From the NCBI GenBank assembly GCA_038203025.1, contig JBBREK010000003.1:1-48962 (forward strand): a stretch of 48,962 bases of DNA, given 5' to 3'. A program made the translations under genes and the position numbers. This DNA is from Planctomycetota bacterium. GTDB taxonomy: Bacteria > Planctomycetota > UBA11346. Positions within the stretch are counted from its first letter, which is position 1, and every line of letters starts with the position of its first letter. This document shows, piece after piece, positions 48,519-48,962 of the stretch. The notes beneath the pieces were generated by a model, which was not told the DNA's origin, made no database searches, and was given only the letters and a program-made list of their open reading frames with translations.

Positions 48519-48962
48519 ATGATCCGCCCGTGCGCTGCCCCGCTACCGCTACCGCTACCGCCACCGCCACCGCTACTGCTGCTGCTGCTGCTCGCCGCCA
48601 CCATGTCAGGCGCCGTCGAGGACGATGCCCCGCCCCTGGGCATGGACGTGCTGCCGCTGATCAAGTCGGTCGCCGAGGCCGTCGTACCGAGGGATCCGCC
48701 GCTGCCCGGACGGCCGTGGTCGGACGATCTCGCCGACCTGACCAACCCTGATCCCTCGGCCAACGGCCCGGCGGTCGGCCGCCTGACCCGGCGCGGCGCG
48801 GTGGTGCTGCCTGATCTCGGCATCCTCGCTGGCGAGCGCGACTGGCAGCTGCGCAGCCGTATCGTCCGCGTCGCCGCCGGGATCGGCGGCAGCGACGGCG
48901 CCGGGCTGACCCTGCGCCTGACCGATGATCCTGATCCGCGCGTCCGCCGCCTCGCCGTGGTC
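48519..48962 (+). CDS. Secreted HEAT-repeat (PBS-lyase-like) protein, 5' fragment (continues beyond window)
   Basis: The frame is open from ATG 48519 to the window end, so it is not in the ORF track. It reads MIRPCAAPLPLPLPPPPPLLLLLLLAATMSGAVEDD...LTDDPDPRVRRLAVV. It has high GC3, a signal-peptide-like N-terminus, and a D-x-D-x-x-V-R-x-x-A HEAT-like motif. ATG 48603 is an alternative start. Confidence 0.55.
   Translation, partial: MIRPCAAPLPLPLPPPPPLLLLLLLAATMSGAVEDDAPPLGMDVLPLIKSVAEAVVPRDPPLPGRPWSDDLADLTNPDPSANGPAVGRLTRRGAVVLPDLGILAGERDWQLRSRIVRVAAGIGGSDGAGLTLRLTDDPDPRVRRLAVV
48541..48591. repeat. Compound microsatellite (CGCTAC)3(CGCCAC)2(CGCTAC)1(TGC)5
   Basis: Read directly from the sequence. 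It lies in the putative signal-peptide coding region of the HEAT-repeat gene. Confidence 0.9.

Noticed and set aside
48488-48823. 111-aa minus-strand ORF with a poly-Ser/Gly run
   Set aside because: It is the reverse reading of the microsatellite. The plus frame stays open to the window end, with better GC3 and HEAT-like motifs.

Overview
This is a high-GC chromosomal segment from a diderm bacterium, and it is almost entirely housekeeping. The taxon cannot be fixed from sequence alone; RNase Y, TamA/TamB and an ISAzo13-like insertion sequence (IS) are the only hints.

Genes on the minus strand:
- rny-menF-menD
- a GH13 glycosidase
- tamB-tamA
- ppk2-pfk-perM
- prfB and aroG
- a complete F1Fo ATP synthase operon (atpZ-like, atpI, atpBEFHAGDC) followed by rnd
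- a MATE transporter, parC-like topoisomerase subunit and adenylate-kinase-like gene
- an O-antigen-ligase/TPR protein, a WecA/MraY-like transferase and an SDR

Genes on the plus strand:
- a tetR-MFP-RND efflux operon
- glyA, bpt and a Zn peptidase
- rplS
- a roughly 938-aa orphan protein
- a partial HEAT-repeat gene

Nearly all long ORFs antisense to these genes look like high-GC mirror-frame artefacts. I found no tRNA, rRNA or CRISPR array, and no recognisable multi-gene defence or novel system.

Items worth a second look:
1. A family of roughly 130-nt multi-hairpin intergenic repeats, with two dispersed copies plus a 2.7-unit tandem array at 25.4-25.8 kb. One stem shows compensatory changes.
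2. The orphan protein at 6262-9075, which has a 41-residue Gly/Arg (RGG-like) tract and a possible DUF3800-like core.
3. An unannotated ZTP (pfl) riboswitch in the glyA leader.
4. A heptamer-repeat inverted structure filling the atpG-atpD spacer, and a similarly built hairpin at 14.0 kb.
5. An IS inserted with a 5-bp duplication between rplS and its hairpin.

All domain and family calls rest on motif recognition from memory. No database search was run.
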